DNA of 64,000 nucleotides from NCBI GenBank assembly GCA_963695875.1, contig CAVOID010000004.1, positions 128,001 to 192,000 on the forward strand, given 5' to 3'. Numbering within the stretch: position 1 is the stretch's first letter; each line of letters opens with the position of its first letter. The notes under the pieces are model-generated. The model had not been told where the DNA came from, searched no databases, and saw only the letters and a program-made list of their open reading frames with translations. This stretch comes from an uncultured delta proteobacterium. GTDB lineage: Bacteria > Desulfobacterota > Syntrophia > Syntrophales > UBA2185. Of the stretch, positions 62,664 to 64,000 are shown one piece after another. The position numbers were made by a program, and so were the translations under genes.

Positions 62664-64000
62664 CTACTTAACCGTTAGACCAATAACGCGGTAATTGAAT
62701 TCGTAATTAAGGGCGCCGCTCCAGTCCTGTTGGAAAACATTCTTATAGCGCGTGCCATCTACAGGTCCGACTGGTTTTCCGTAGGTATAAAACCAGTTGA
62801 CAATAGGACTTCCTGTAAAACCCAGGGCGATCCAGTATGAGCCAGGCATGAGAATGGGTTTATCCCTGCCGAAGTCAAAATCCGCCCAACGGTATCCCGG
62901 TTTAAGGGAGAGCTGGTCAAGGCTGATAAAGTCGCTGGTGCTCATGGCTTGCCCCGGCTTGCCCCGATTATCCTTAAAGATGTCGATCCATAGCAAGCCA
63001 TCTCCGCCGAACTTATGTAGAGCCAGGCCAACCTTCTGAAGTATGACAGGTTTTCTAAGGACGACAACCTGGGCATACTGCGTAAGGTTGGTGGTTACAT
63101 ATTCTGCCGTCTCCACAAGAAAGTTTCGCGGCATTTCAAATTGATTTACTCCTGAGGCTTTTACCACCCGCGGGAATGCAAAATCTATATTTTCCGGAAA
63201 TTCCATGTTGCCGAAGATAAACGGTACTTCATACCGGAGTTCCTTTTTCGCCTCTTCGGTGATTGCTGGGAGAGGCGGGGGTGGAAGCACTTCGATCTGC
63301 TTAAACTCTGCCTTCACGTTCGGAGAAAGGAGGAGATTCTTGGGGCCATAGCTCTTTCTGTCTCCCTTAACGTTAACCTGGTCGCTATTAAAATTTGCAG
63401 CGATACTCTCCTGGAGTTTCGGTCTCTCGGCTTCTCTGAGCTGGACCCACTTTAAAAGTCCGTCATTTTTTGTTTCGTTGTTGTCGACACCAACCTCTAT
63501 CCGAAGGTAACGGGTTGAGACGAAAAGCATGGTATTCTGGGGATCGAAAGGTACCCAGCCGAGTTCCGGAAACCAGACCTCAATCCATGAATGACGGCCC
63601 TGACCCATTTTGAAGGTAAGGGTTCCCTTCTGCCATGCGATGTTAAAAGGCTGATTAAACGTGACACCGTTGATAATGCGCACCGGTATGCCGATAGCCC
63701 GGAGTAAGGCGGCACTCATATGGGAAAAGTTCTGGCAATTGCCCTTGCCGGATTCCAACGAATAAATGGCATCGTACCGGAGAGGAGGACTTACGTAGCG
63801 AACGTGATCCACGACCCAGGCAATGACACGCTGTACTGCATCGAACTCTGTTTTTACGCCTGCCGTAAGCTGTTTCGCCAATTCGAGTATACGGGGATTA
63901 TCGGATTGTACTTGTTCCGTCGGTCTGAGATAATCTTCTAGTTCCGGATCTACTTTTGCAGCAGGGAATGGATCCTGTGTCGTAAGTACCGGCAGCTTTG
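62664..64000 (-). CDS. Transglutaminase-like domain protein, 5'-partial
   Basis: GNCQNFSH, LLRAIGIPVR, HSWIEV, GWVPFDP. Confidence 0.85.
   Translation of the reverse strand, partial: KLPVLTTQDPFPAAKVDPELEDYLRPTEQVQSDNPRILELAKQLTAGVKTEFDAVQRVIAWVVDHVRYVSPPLRYDAIYSLESGKGNCQNFSHMSAALLRAIGIPVRIINGVTFNQPFNIAWQKGTLTFKMGQGRHSWIEVWFPELGWVPFDPQNTMLFVSTRYLRIEVGVDNNETKNDGLLKWVQLREAERPKLQESIAANFNSDQVNVKGDRKSYGPKNLLLSPNVKAEFKQIEVLPPPPLPAITEEAKKELRYEVPFIFGNMEFPENIDFAFPRVVKASGVNQFEMPRNFLVETAEYVTTNLTQYAQVVVLRKPVILQKVGLALHKFGGDGLLWIDIFKDNRGKPGQAMSTSDFISLDQLSLKPGYRWADFDFGRDKPILMPGSYWIALGFTGSPIVNWFYTYGKPVGPVDGTRYKNVFQQDWSGALNYEFNYRVIGLTVK

Noticed and set aside
1..64000. CRISPR array, cas genes, rRNA or prophage genes
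   Set aside because: No regularly spaced repeats or recognisable genes of these classes were seen

Overview
Bacterial chromosomal window. The backbone gene order (rpsT, lptE-leuS, nusB-ribH-ribBA-ribE-nrdR-deaminase-rpiB-fabF-acpP-rpmF-DUF177, gltX-tRNA-Glu) and protein style suggest a Desulfobacterota/Syntrophales-like anaerobe (inference). Single-base frameshifts hit many genes, including leuS, and are treated as long-read sequencing errors. Accessory blocks: (1) 1-8563, a GC-rich lipoate-centred operon (E2, LplA, divergent E3, LipB-LipA fusion, SDR, FAD oxidoreductase, CCG Fe-S protein, GcvH/LbpA-like carrier) cut off inside its last gene; (2) 9303-12030, a SIR2-HerA anti-phage system behind an integron attI-like site, followed by a RAYT element with perfect 21-bp inverted ends; (3) an iscU-nifS pair whose desulfurase lacks the PLP-binding lysine; (4) a 17-kb integrase-less island between tRNA-Glu and a 31-bp copy of its 3' half, carrying qNor, a hemerythrin-like protein, a cupredoxin and a full formate dehydrogenase operon; (5) an IS1202-family element with a 17-bp target duplication directly upstream of an atypical glyA. 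The native glyA position holds only a short C-terminal remnant, and ribD and plsX-fabH-fabD-fabG are absent from their usual positions.
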